Shown here one piece after another: positions 28,020-36,836 of a DNA stretch of 64,000 nt; the first letter of the stretch is position 1; every line of letters starts with the position of its first letter. The notes beneath the pieces are model-generated. The model searched no databases. It had not been told where the DNA came from and saw nothing but the letters and a program-made list of their open reading frames with translations. The position numbers and the translations under genes are program-made. Source of the stretch: Thalassobaculaceae bacterium. Lineage in GTDB: Bacteria; Pseudomonadota; Alphaproteobacteria; Thalassobaculales; Thalassobaculaceae. Where the stretch lies: NCBI GenBank assembly GCA_965228875.1, contig OZ245843.1, forward strand, positions 372,001 to 436,000, given 5' to 3'.

Positions 28020-29545
28020 CGCGGCGCTCCCCCGCCGTCGGCGGTCCGGCGACCGATCTCCAGGGTCGCCCGGCCGGCGCCGTCGGTCACGTAGAGCGGT
28101 TCGAAGTCACGGGCGAACTTCGCGGCGAGGCGGTGGGTCGGCCTATAGCTGACGCTCAGGGGATCGGTCATGGCGCAAAAGGTCCGCGGTTGTTCCCGCC
28201 AGCCCTGGCGCATCTGGCGAAGGCTGCCGACCCGGACGCTCCCGCCGAACCGGACCAGGGGGCCGAACAGGCTGATCATCGACTGGATGGCGTCGAACGA
28301 TCCCCTCCGCGACCAGGCATGACGGACGGCGTGACGGACGAGCGCGGATTTGCGGCCGCGGAACCGCATCAGGTCGGCGACATAGGGAACCACCCGGTCG
28401 AGCGGTTCCTTCGGCCACTCGACGACCTTCTGTCCGTCCAGGTCGCTGAGCCGGAGATTGGGCATGAGGCGGCCGGCGCGGGCGGCCTCGTCGAAATACG
28501 GCGTTCCGAGGATCGGGATGGTGAGCGACAGCAGCGCCGGCAGCGGTGTCTGCGGACTGTCGAGCAGGGCGTCCATCTGGTCGTCGACATCGGCCACCGT
28601 CTGCTGGGTGAAGTCCAGCATCATCCCGTAGTCGAAGAGTACGCCGTATTCGGCGCACATCCTTGCCAGCGACAACGGATCGGAGGCCAGACTCTGGCGC
28701 TTGTTGAAGCTCTTCAGGATCACCGGATCGAACGATTCGACACCGGAGAACAGCGCCTTGCAGCCGTTCTTGGCGACCCGCGCGAGGTTGTCGGGGTTCT
28801 TGAAGAAGTCGCCGGTCACCAGCGCCCCCCAACCCCTGAAGTCGCCCCGCCGCCAACGCTCGCCGAGCAGGTCGACGCGCCGCTCGAAATCAGTTCGGTT
28901 GCTGCCGAAGAAATTGTTGTCGAGCACCATCAGCATCTGAACCCGGCCCATGGCCTCGAACTGGCGCGCGATCTCGTCCGTGGAATAGGGCTTGTAGGGA
29001 CGGTTCTCCCCCGTCAGCGAGCAGAACGCGCAGCGGAAATTGCAGTACCGCGTCGTCTCCACGAAGCCGAGGCCGAACGACCATCCGGCGAGATCGAAGC
29101 GCGGTCCGGGGTCTTCGGCCAGATGGCCGGTGCCGAGCGCGTCGTCGATCACCCCGTCCACGTCCTCCACGTCGCCCTGGCAGACGTGATCGAAGGAGGC
29201 CGCGCACAGTTCCGGCAGGGCGCGCGCGATCGGGCCGCCGATGGCGACGGTCACGCCCGGATTGGCGTCGCGGAAATAGGCCGACAGTTGTCGCGCCCGG
29301 TCGAACGCTGCCGTCAGGCCGGTGAGGATCACGAGATCCGGCCAGTCGAACAGGCGTCGGTCCAGCAGGGCGCCGTGATAGACCTCGTCGTAGACCCGGA
29401 CCTCGGTGCGCGCCGGACACAGCCGGCCGGCCAGGTAGTACGGAGCCATGGCGCGCGGAATAAACATCCGCATCGGGGCCGCCGAACGCCACGGGTCGAC
29501 ATAGGCGTTGACGATCAGAACTCTCGGCTTTGCGTTCGCGTTCAT
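28016..29545 (-). CDS. B12-binding-domain radical SAM protein (class B methylase-like)
   Basis: N-terminal Rossmann-like segment DLVILTGLT...VAIGGPIA; CxxxCxxC motif ETTRYCNFRCAFC; LDNNF, FSGVES, PILGTP. Confidence 0.88.
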   Translation of the reverse strand: MNANAKPRVLIVNAYVDPWRSAAPMRMFIPRAMAPYYLAGRLCPARTEVRVYDEVYHGALLDRRLFDWPDLVILTGLTAAFDRARQLSAYFRDANPGVTVAIGGPIARALPELCAASFDHVCQGDVEDVDGVIDDALGTGHLAEDPGPRFDLAGWSFGLGFVETTRYCNFRCAFCSLTGENRPYKPYSTDEIARQFEAMGRVQMLMVLDNNFFGSNRTDFERRVDLLGERWRRGDFRGWGALVTGDFFKNPDNLARVAKNGCKALFSGVESFDPVILKSFNKRQSLASDPLSLARMCAEYGVLFDYGMMLDFTQQTVADVDDQMDALLDSPQTPLPALLSLTIPILGTPYFDEAARAGRLMPNLRLSDLDGQKVVEWPKEPLDRVVPYVADLMRFRGRKSALVRHAVRHAWSRRGSFDAIQSMISLFGPLVRFGGSVRVGSLRQMRQGWREQPRTFCAMTDPLSVSYRPTHRLAAKFARDFEPLYVTDGAGRATLEIGRRTADGGGAPR

Positions 29546-29578
29546 GCGGCCCTGTCCCGTTCGGTCATCGCCACGGGG

Positions 29579-30715
29579 TCAGACCTGGTCCAGGCCGGCG
29601 AACAGCCCGAGGACGAAGATGGCATACACGCCGATGATCGCGTGGGAAATGATCGGCGTCACCACGCTTCCGGACCTCATGAACAGCCAGCCCCAGAGCA
29701 GGGATGGCAGGATCACCGCGATCGATACGATAGGGTTGAGATGGGCGTGCAGCACCGCGAACAGCAGCGTCGCCAGCCCATTGGCGATCCACCCGGCGTG
29801 ACCGACGACGCCCGTGAGAAAGCTTTCCATCGGCGCCTGCAGGGCGCATCGGGCCGCTACCTGCTGGAACAGCACGGAAACGAGATAGATCGACAGCCCG
29901 GCGGCGTAGACGCCGACGCTGTCCACCTTGGTGCCGTCGTCGAGGACGAAGAAACCGAACAGGGGGGCGTCCATCCCCTCGGGGCCGGGAACAAGCTTCA
30001 GCCACAGCACCTTGGCAGCCGTCATCGCGACGCAGAACCCGAACGACCACACGACCGCCTCGACCACGTGGCGGGGCGCCGGGCGCAGGTTCAGGCCCAT
30101 GGCCTTGGAGGAGGGGGCGATCCATCGGTGGATGATGAACACCATCACGACAAGCGTCAGCAGCGCCAGAACCGGGCCAAGGTCGTAGAATCTGGCCCGC
30201 GCCAGTTTCTGGATCGGCTCCAGCAGCAGCGTGAAGACGCTGAAGATCGTCAGGATGACGACGATGAAGCGGCCGGTCGCCGCCCGTTCGCGTTCCTGCT
30301 CCGCCGTCCTCGTCAGCAGTTCGACCCGTTCGCTCTCGTCGGACATCATGACCAGAACGCCGATCCGCTCGTCGGAGTCCTTGCGGTGCAGCAGCACCGT
30401 CCGGACGCTCAGGTGAAGGGTCCTTCCGTCATCGCGCTCCAGGCTGATGTTGGCGATGTGCTCCTCTTCCGGCTCGTGGACGGCCTGAAGCACGCAGTCG
30501 GTGAAAGCGTCCAGCCCCTCGATCGGCAGGAACACCTCGGCCACGGAACTGCCGACGACATCGGCGGCCCGCAGCCCGAAGATCGCCTCGGCCCCGGGGT
30601 TGAAGGAGGTCAGCCGGCCCCGGGGGTCGATGGTCACGATCCCGTCGCGCGACGAGGCGACGATGTCGTCCGTCATAGCCACTGGGAGGCTCTGGGCTGG
30701 GGGCAGGTTGTCCAT
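29579..30715 (-). CDS. PAS domain fused to a CPBP/CAAX-protease-like membrane domain with QQ in place of the catalytic EE
   Basis: PAS: DGIVTIDPRGRLTSFNPGAEAIFG...VVG; membrane part with FQQVAAR, LFAVLHAH, WGWLFMRSGSV, SHAIIG. Start uncertain (30751, 30715 or 30676). Confidence 0.8.
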   Translation of the reverse strand: MDNLPPAQSLPVAMTDDIVASSRDGIVTIDPRGRLTSFNPGAEAIFGLRAADVVGSSVAEVFLPIEGLDAFTDCVLQAVHEPEEEHIANISLERDDGRTLHLSVRTVLLHRKDSDERIGVLVMMSDESERVELLTRTAEQERERAATGRFIVVILTIFSVFTLLLEPIQKLARARFYDLGPVLALLTLVVMVFIIHRWIAPSSKAMGLNLRPAPRHVVEAVVWSFGFCVAMTAAKVLWLKLVPGPEGMDAPLFGFFVLDDGTKVDSVGVYAAGLSIYLVSVLFQQVAARCALQAPMESFLTGVVGHAGWIANGLATLLFAVLHAHLNPIVSIAVILPSLLWGWLFMRSGSVVTPIISHAIIGVYAIFVLGLFAGLDQV

Positions 30716-30843
30716 TCGCGCTGTCACCGGTTTCGGGCCGCCGCCAGCCACGTCGACCGCCGCCAGCCGCGGCCCGACCGCGAGCGGGCCTCACACTCTT
30801 AGTCTGAGAACGGGACGCACGTCCATCCCACGGCCGCCGGCGG

Positions 30844-31665
30844 CTACTGGCTGGCGACGACGCCGCCGTCGACGTAGACGACCTGGCCGGTCATGTAGTC
30901 GCCGGCGGGGGCGAGGAAGGTGATGATCTGGCCGGCGACCTCCACCGGCTCTCCGATCCGGCCGAGCGGGTTGCGTTTCAGAATGAAGTCGCGGAACTCC
31001 GTACGTTCCAGGTGCGGGCGGATGCGGTCGGACTGGATGAAGGTCGGGGCCACGCCGTTCACGGTGATCCCGTGGGGGGCGAGTTCCATCGCGTGCTGCT
31101 TCACCAGCATGAGAAGCCCGCCCTTCGTGGCGCAGTAGGCGGAGTATCCCCGCCCCCGCAGCGCCAGGTGCGACCGGACCGAGAGCAGGTGCACGTGGCG
31201 GCCGCGGCGTCCGGTGTCGACCTGGTGGCGGGCGACCGCCTGTCCGATGAACATGGCCGACCGCAGGTTGGTCGCGTAGACGGTGTCGAACACGTCCGGC
31301 GTGACGTCGAAGATCGACTGCTCGCGCTGGATGCCCACGCAGTTGACCAGGAAGTCGATGCCACCGGCGCGGGAGACCGCGTCCGCTACCGTACCGCGGA
31401 TGGCGTCCACATCCGTCGCGTCCAGCGCCAGGCCCCAGGCCCGTCCGCCGCTCTCGGTGATCTGCGCGGCGAGCGCTTCGGCCTTGGCGCCGGTGGGACC
31501 GGCGACGACGACGGCCGCCCCGTGGGCCGCCAGTGCGACGCAGATCGCCTCGCCCAGCGCGCCGTAACCGCCCGGCACGAACGCCGTCCGGCCGTCTAGT
31601 CGGAACAGCCCGGCAAGGCGTTCGGCGTCGATCGGCGGCGTCAGGCTGTCCGCGTCCTGAGTCAC
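30844..31665 (-). CDS. Short-chain dehydrogenase/reductase (gluconate 5-dehydrogenase-like)
   Basis: PGGYGALG, LVNCVG, YSAYCATKGG (YxxxK), VNGVAPT, PLGRIG, VDGG. Confidence 0.9.
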   Translation of the reverse strand: MTQDADSLTPPIDAERLAGLFRLDGRTAFVPGGYGALGEAICVALAAHGAAVVVAGPTGAKAEALAAQITESGGRAWGLALDATDVDAIRGTVADAVSRAGGIDFLVNCVGIQREQSIFDVTPDVFDTVYATNLRSAMFIGQAVARHQVDTGRRGRHVHLLSVRSHLALRGRGYSAYCATKGGLLMLVKQHAMELAPHGITVNGVAPTFIQSDRIRPHLERTEFRDFILKRNPLGRIGEPVEVAGQIITFLAPAGDYMTGQVVYVDGGVVASQ

Positions 31666-31666
31666 C

Positions 31667-32662
31667 TCAGACCTCCACGCCCGCGGCGGTGTAGACGCTT
31701 TCCATCAGCCGCAGGGTCTCCAGATTGTCGAGGCGGTCGGTCTCGAACGGGGTGCCGTCGCGTACGCCGGCGACGAAGGCGGCGACCGCGTGGTCGAAGC
31801 AGTCCTGGTACCGGGCGATCAGGTCGACCTCCTCGGCCGAGTCCTCCGCCCCGACGAGATGGATGCGGTTGTAGTCCATCATCACCGTGCCTGCGGTGCC
31901 GACGATCTCCAGCCGGTCGCCGTGCAGCGGCGGATACCCCGGGGCGCAGATGCAGCCGTCGGCGGTCGCGATCAGCCCGTCCGGTCCCTCCATGAGGATC
32001 GACGCGGTGTCCTCCCCGGGCAGGCCCTCGGCCAGGCGGTTTAGGCGCGCCGCCACCACCGTCAGCGGGCCGACCAGCAGACGCAGCACGTCGAGATGAT
32101 GGATCATCGTCTCGAACACCAGGTTGCGGCGGAAACCGGTGAGATAGGGCTGGCGCTCGACGAGGAACGGCGGGGCGCCGTCGCGCGGGCAGAGTCCGGA
32201 GCCGCGCACGGCGATGGCGGCGTGACGGGGGCGGCCGATCCGCCCCTCGGCCAGCCAGCGGCGCACCGTCATGTAGTGCGGGCGGAACCGGTAGTTCTCG
32301 TGGACCATGAAGCGGATCCGCTCCCCGATGTCGTCGACCAGGGCTTCGGCCTCGGTGACGGTCTCCGTCATCGGTTTCTGCAGCATGACATGGACCCCGT
32401 GATCGGCGGCCATGCGCGTCAGCGGAGCGTGTCCGCCCACCGATGCGGCGATGTCGACTAGGTCGAACCCGCCGTCGGCGAACATCGCCTGCGGGCTGTC
32501 GTACACCCGGTCGATGCCGAACTCGGCCGCCCGCGCCTCGGCCTTGGATCGGTCGAGGTCGCAGACGGCCACCACCGGAACCCCGGATGCCCCCCAGGCG
32601 CGCAGGTGGTAGACACTGATCATTCCGGCGCCGATCAGGGCGACGCGCATCGTGCCGCTCAT
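31667..32662 (-). CDS. Gfo/Idh/MocA family oxidoreductase
   Basis: MRVALIGAGMIS, VCDLD, MLQKPM, HENYRFRP, IHHLDV; ATG overlaps the upstream stop. Confidence 0.88.
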   Translation of the reverse strand: MSGTMRVALIGAGMISVYHLRAWGASGVPVVAVCDLDRSKAEARAAEFGIDRVYDSPQAMFADGGFDLVDIAASVGGHAPLTRMAADHGVHVMLQKPMTETVTEAEALVDDIGERIRFMVHENYRFRPHYMTVRRWLAEGRIGRPRHAAIAVRGSGLCPRDGAPPFLVERQPYLTGFRRNLVFETMIHHLDVLRLLVGPLTVVAARLNRLAEGLPGEDTASILMEGPDGLIATADGCICAPGYPPLHGDRLEIVGTAGTVMMDYNRIHLVGAEDSAEEVDLIARYQDCFDHAVAAFVAGVRDGTPFETDRLDNLETLRLMESVYTAAGVEV

Positions 32663-33282
32663 GCCGCGTTCTCCGCCAGCAGGGCGCCGAGATAGCTGCG
32701 GACCGGCGGGTGGCCGATCAGGCTCGGATAGTCGGCGATCGGCATGACGCTGCCGTTCTGGACGAAGATGAACTGCTCGCAGATCTCCTGCAGGATCTCC
32801 AGGTGGAAGCGCTCGTTCGGATGGACGCAGAGAAACACCAGCCTGCCCTCGGCGCGAAGCCTGCGGAAGAAGTCGAGCATGAAGCCGATATAGCCATCCT
32901 GGGTGTTGAACTGGGGTTCGTCGAAGAGGTGGACGACGGGGTAGTCGCTCCTCGCCCGCTCGAGCATCAGGTTGGGCGTCAGCGAGCGGAAGTGCCGCAC
33001 CTGATAGGACTGGTGGTAATGGATGGCGAGCCGGTCGCGCTCGTCTGTGCGGATGCGGTGGATGTCGCGGCCCTGCACCAGCACGCGGCCACCGGTCGGC
33101 GTGTTGGAACCGGTGATGAGTTCGAACAGGGTCGTCTTGCCCGAGCCGTTCGGCCCCATGAGGCCGACGATTGCCGGCGCCTCGATGGTGAAGTCGGCGG
33201 CCAGCGTGAAGGTCGGTTCCCGCTTGGGGAAGCCGGTGGTGTAGACCTTGGTCAGGCGATCGACGGTCAGCATGGCTGTCAT
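32659..33282 (-). CDS. Atypical short ABC ATPase lacking the helical subdomain and signature motif
   Basis: Walker A GPNGSGKTT, Q-loop HYHQSYQ, Walker B VVHLFDEP and switch His LCVHP present; no LSGGQ-like motif. Confidence 0.8.
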   Translation of the reverse strand: MTAMLTVDRLTKVYTTGFPKREPTFTLAADFTIEAPAIVGLMGPNGSGKTTLFELITGSNTPTGGRVLVQGRDIHRIRTDERDRLAIHYHQSYQVRHFRSLTPNLMLERARSDYPVVHLFDEPQFNTQDGYIGFMLDFFRRLRAEGRLVFLCVHPNERFHLEILQEICEQFIFVQNGSVMPIADYPSLIGHPPVRSYLGALLAENAA

Positions 33283-33285
33283 GGC

Positions 33286-33981
33286 TCAGATCCCGATCAG
33301 GTTGCGGCGCAGGTCGCCGTCCTCGGCGAGCGCCCGTGCCGGGCCCTGGTGGACGACGCGCCCGCGGTCGAGCACATAGGCCCGGTCCGCGACCTCGAGC
33401 GCCGCCAGGGCGTTCTGTTCGACCACCAGGACCGAGAGACCCTCGTCCTTGAGGCGGCGGATGGTCTTCATGACGTCCTGAACGATCTTCGGCGCCAGGC
33501 CCTGGCTCGGCTCGTCGAACAGGACGAGACCGGGGGAGCCGAGCAGGGCGCGGGAGATTGCGACCATCTGCATCTCGCCGCCGGATAGGTTCTCGGCGTC
33601 CCGGCGCATCAGGTGCTCGAGGGCGGAGAAGATCTCGAACATCTCCTCCATGCGCCACGAGCGGAAGCGGGTGCTGCGCCGCGCGATGGCCAGGTTCTGC
33701 GCGACGCTGAGGGTCGGGAAGATCCGCCGGTCGTCCGGCACCCAGCCGATGCCCCGCCGGGCGATCTCGTGGGTCGCCGCGTCGGTGATGTCGACGCCGT
33801 CGAAGCGGATGGTGCCCGAGCGCGCCGGCGTCAGACCGAGGACGGTACGGATCGTCGTCGTCTTGCCGACGCCGTTGGCGCCGAGCACCGCCACGACCTC
33901 GCCGGCGCCGACGTCGAGCGACAGGTCGAACAGCGCCTGGGTCTCGCCGTAGAAGGTATCGACGTTGCGGATCTCAAGCAT
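33286..33981 (-). CDS. Branched-chain amino acid-type ABC ATPase, LivF-like
   Basis: GANGVGKTT, VPDDRRIFP, LSGGEMQM, LFDEPSQGLAP, VVEQN. Confidence 0.92.
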   Translation of the reverse strand: MLEIRNVDTFYGETQALFDLSLDVGAGEVVAVLGANGVGKTTTIRTVLGLTPARSGTIRFDGVDITDAATHEIARRGIGWVPDDRRIFPTLSVAQNLAIARRSTRFRSWRMEEMFEIFSALEHLMRRDAENLSGGEMQMVAISRALLGSPGLVLFDEPSQGLAPKIVQDVMKTIRRLKDEGLSVLVVEQNALAALEVADRAYVLDRGRVVHQGPARALAEDGDLRRNLIGI

Positions 33982-34738
33982 CGCTCGCTCCCTGGGCGGC
34001 CAGTTCGCCGATCGCCGAGCGGCGGACCCATCGGTTCGCGCGCAACTCGTCCGGCGTGCCTTCGGCGATGACCTGCCCCCAGTGGATCACCGAGATGCGG
34101 TCGGCGAGGTCGAAGAGGAAACGCATGTCGTGTTCGATCACGACGATGGTGGTGTAGCGCTTCAGCTCGCGGATCAGGTCGGCGAGGCGGGCCGTCGCCT
34201 CGGTTCCGAGTCCGGCGGTCGGTTCGTCGACGAACAGCAGTCGGGGCTCGGTCGCCAGCGCCACGCCGATCTCCAGCGCCCGACGTTCGCCGTAGGACAG
34301 GCTGGCGGCGTTGGCCGTCTCGCGGCCCTTCAGTCCGACCCGGGACAGCAGATCCTCGGCCCGATCCCGTGCCTCGGTGTCGGCATCGAGCGCGTGTAGC
34401 ACGTCGAGGCCGCGCCGGCGGGTCGAGGGCAGGGCCATGACGACGTTGTCGAGCACGCTGAACTCGTCGAACAGGGTCATGATCTGGAACGAGCGGGAGA
34501 TCCCCTTGGCCACGATCCGGTGAGGCGCGGCGCCGGTGATGTCCTCACCGTCGAAGGTTACCCGGCCCCGGTCCGGCCGGTAGCGACCGGTGAGGACGTT
34601 GAAGCACGTCGTCTTTCCGGCGCCGTTGGGCCCCATGATGCCGGCCATCCGCCCTTCCTCGAAGGTGAGGCTGATGTCCTCCAGAACCACCTGATCGCCG
34701 AAGCGCTTGTGCAGGTTGCGGGCCTCGAAAAGTGCCAT
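33974..34738 (-). CDS. Branched-chain amino acid-type ABC ATPase, LivG-like
   Basis: GPNGAGKTT, ISRSFQ, LSYGERR, VDEPTAG, IEHDM. Confidence 0.92.
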   Translation of the reverse strand: MALFEARNLHKRFGDQVVLEDISLTFEEGRMAGIMGPNGAGKTTCFNVLTGRYRPDRGRVTFDGEDITGAAPHRIVAKGISRSFQIMTLFDEFSVLDNVVMALPSTRRRGLDVLHALDADTEARDRAEDLLSRVGLKGRETANAASLSYGERRALEIGVALATEPRLLFVDEPTAGLGTEATARLADLIRELKRYTTIVVIEHDMRFLFDLADRISVIHWGQVIAEGTPDELRANRWVRRSAIGELAAQGASDA

Positions 34739-34741
34739 GGG

Positions 34742-35785
34742 TCAGCCCTCGGAGACGGCCGGCCGGGCCGGACTCGATGATGGGGAGGTGGGCCGGGAGA
34801 ACCGTGGGGCGACCCAGTCGCGCCACATCCCGGCCAGCCCGTCGGGCTTGAACATGACCAGGACCACGAACATCAGGCCGAACCAGAGCAGCCAGGTCTC
34901 GGTATAGGCGCCGAGCACGTCGCGGGCGACGAAGTAGAGAATGACGCCGAGGACCGGACCCCAGAAGCTGACGAAGCCACCGCCGATCAGAACGATCAGC
35001 ACGATGGTGCCGGACCACTGCAGGCTCATGATGTTGATGTAGGCGCCCTCCTGGGCCATCGCGAACAGTCCGCCGGCCAGGCCCGCGATGGCGCAGGACA
35101 GGGTGAAGGCCGCCCACTTGTAGAACCGGACCTGGTAGCCGATGAAGGAGACACGGGTCTCGTTCTGCTTGATCGCCCGCAGCACCCGGCCGAACGGCGC
35201 GTTCGTCAGTCGCCACAGCAGGACGATCAGCCCCATCATCAGCGCGAAGCACAGATAGTAGAGGCCGATGTTCGACTCGATCCCGATTTCGGTCACGCCG
35301 AGGTCCACCGGTAGACGCCGGATGTTCAGCAACCCGTCCTCGCCCTGGGTGACGTCGGTCCATTTCGACGCGATGAAGTAGAAGATCTGCCCGAAGGCGA
35401 TGCTCATCAGCGCGAAGTAGATGCCCCGGCGGTGGGCGAGGAACAGGGCGGTCACGGCGCCGAACGCCGCCGTCACCAGGATCGCCGCCATCAGGCAGAA
35501 CCACAGGTTGGCCCAGACCTCGAACTGGGCGAGGCCGAAGGCGTAGGCGCCGATGCCGAAGAAGGCGCCGTGGCCGAAGGACGGCAGACCCGAGTACCCG
35601 AGCAGCAGGTTGAACCCCAACGCGAAGATGATCCAGATCAGGATCTCGACGCCGAGATACTGGTACAGACCGACATACTCGATCCAAAGCGGCAGGGTGG
35701 CGAAGACCAGCGCCGTCAGCAGGATCGGGCGGGTGATCCAGGCCGTCGTCTCGCGCCGGTCGTAGTGCATGGCGGGCAGGGTCAT
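34742..35785 (-). CDS. Branched-chain amino acid-type ABC permease, LivM-like
   Basis: NLLLGYSGLPSFGHGAFFGIGAY, GIYFA, PFGRVLRAIKQNE. Confidence 0.92.
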   Translation of the reverse strand: MTLPAMHYDRRETTAWITRPILLTALVFATLPLWIEYVGLYQYLGVEILIWIIFALGFNLLLGYSGLPSFGHGAFFGIGAYAFGLAQFEVWANLWFCLMAAILVTAAFGAVTALFLAHRRGIYFALMSIAFGQIFYFIASKWTDVTQGEDGLLNIRRLPVDLGVTEIGIESNIGLYYLCFALMMGLIVLLWRLTNAPFGRVLRAIKQNETRVSFIGYQVRFYKWAAFTLSCAIAGLAGGLFAMAQEGAYINIMSLQWSGTIVLIVLIGGGFVSFWGPVLGVILYFVARDVLGAYTETWLLWFGLMFVVLVMFKPDGLAGMWRDWVAPRFSRPTSPSSSPARPAVSEG

Positions 35786-35795
35786 CCCGTGCTCC

Positions 35796-36719
35796 TCAGG
35801 ACTCGAGCACGCTGGCCTTGCCGGCGAGCCCGCGGGAGCGGAACGTCACCACCGCCAGCAGCAGCAGGTACATGGACAGGAGCGACCAGTCGGTCGCGAA
35901 GGCGGCGCTCAGGCCGACCACCAGGCCGACGAGCAGCCCGGCGCTGACCGCGCCCCAGAAGCTGCCGACGCCACCGAGCACGATGACGACGAAGGCCGGC
36001 ACCACCGCGTCGACGCCGACCACCGGGCGTATGCCCCAGATCGGCGCCATGATGATGCCGGCGATCGCCGCCAGACCCGCCCCGAAGGCGAAAACGAACA
36101 GCCGCAGACGGGCGAGGTTGTGGCCGAGAGCCCGGACCATCTCGCCGTCATGGGCGCCGGCCTTGATGATCGCGCCGTATGGCGTGCGGTTCAGGAACAG
36201 CCACAGCAGGCCGATCATCGCGGCGGCGAAGACCGCGGCGTAGATCCGGTACGTCGAATAGATCAGGTCGCCGGCGATGAAGCCGCCGGAGATCTCGCGC
36301 GGAATCGGCAGGTAGTACTCGCTGCTGCCCCAGATCTCGCGGATCGCCTCCTCGAGGACCAGGGCGGCGCCGAAGGTGAGCAGCAGACCGTAGAGCGGGT
36401 CCTGGCCGTAGGTGCGGCGCAGGCAGAGCTCCAGCCCCATGCCGACCACGGCGACGACGACCGGCGCGACGATCAGGGCGATCGCGTAGCGCGGAATCGC
36501 CGGCAGGGCGTAGTACGGCTCCATGAAGGCGAAGGGCAGGCCGCCATCCGGCGCCATCACCGCCAGCGCGATATAGGCGCCGAGCGCGAACAGCGAGCCA
36601 TGGGCGAGGTTGATCACCTCCATCACGCCGATGATCAGCATGAATCCCAGCGCTAGCAGCGCGAACAGCAGGCCGAGGGCCAGGCCGTTGATGATGTGTG
36701 GAATCAGGTCGTACAGCAT
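35796..36719 (-). CDS. Branched-chain amino acid-type ABC permease, LivH-like
   Basis: NGLALG, VINLAHG, FVVIVLGGVGS. Confidence 0.92.
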   Translation of the reverse strand: MLYDLIPHIINGLALGLLFALLALGFMLIIGVMEVINLAHGSLFALGAYIALAVMAPDGGLPFAFMEPYYALPAIPRYAIALIVAPVVVAVVGMGLELCLRRTYGQDPLYGLLLTFGAALVLEEAIREIWGSSEYYLPIPREISGGFIAGDLIYSTYRIYAAVFAAAMIGLLWLFLNRTPYGAIIKAGAHDGEMVRALGHNLARLRLFVFAFGAGLAAIAGIIMAPIWGIRPVVGVDAVVPAFVVIVLGGVGSFWGAVSAGLLVGLVVGLSAAFATDWSLLSMYLLLLAVVTFRSRGLAGKASVLES

Positions 36720-36760
36720 GGTCCCTCGCCGCTGGTGCGGCGCCGATCTGCGGAGTGCGG

Positions 36761-36800
36761 AAAAAGAGTGGGGGAGCCCGGATCGTGCAGGACTCCCCCA
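36761..36800 (-). terminator. Intrinsic terminator/attenuator between the SBP gene and the LivH-like permease
   Basis: Minus strand TGGGGGAGTCCTG-CACGAT-CCGGGCTCCCCCA followed by CTCTTTTT. Confidence 0.7.
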
Positions 36801-36836
36801 GGGACGGACCCATGGGGAGCATGGTCCCGGAACGCG

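Noticed and set aside
27986..30802. 938-aa plus-strand ORF
   Set aside because: Antisense shadow of the radical SAM and PAS-CPBP genes; long stop-free reverse frames are expected at this GC content
30716..30843. Cobalamin riboswitch upstream of the B12 radical SAM unit
   Set aside because: The spacer is short and I could not find the conserved B12-box elements; an Infernal/Rfam scan would settle it
31667..33658. 663-aa extended Gfo/Idh/MocA ORF, and similar extensions at 36837..38540, 44978..46984, 60335..62233 and 61171..62913
   Set aside because: The extensions overlap real upstream genes in another frame; the true starts sit at stop/start overlaps or behind clear RBSs
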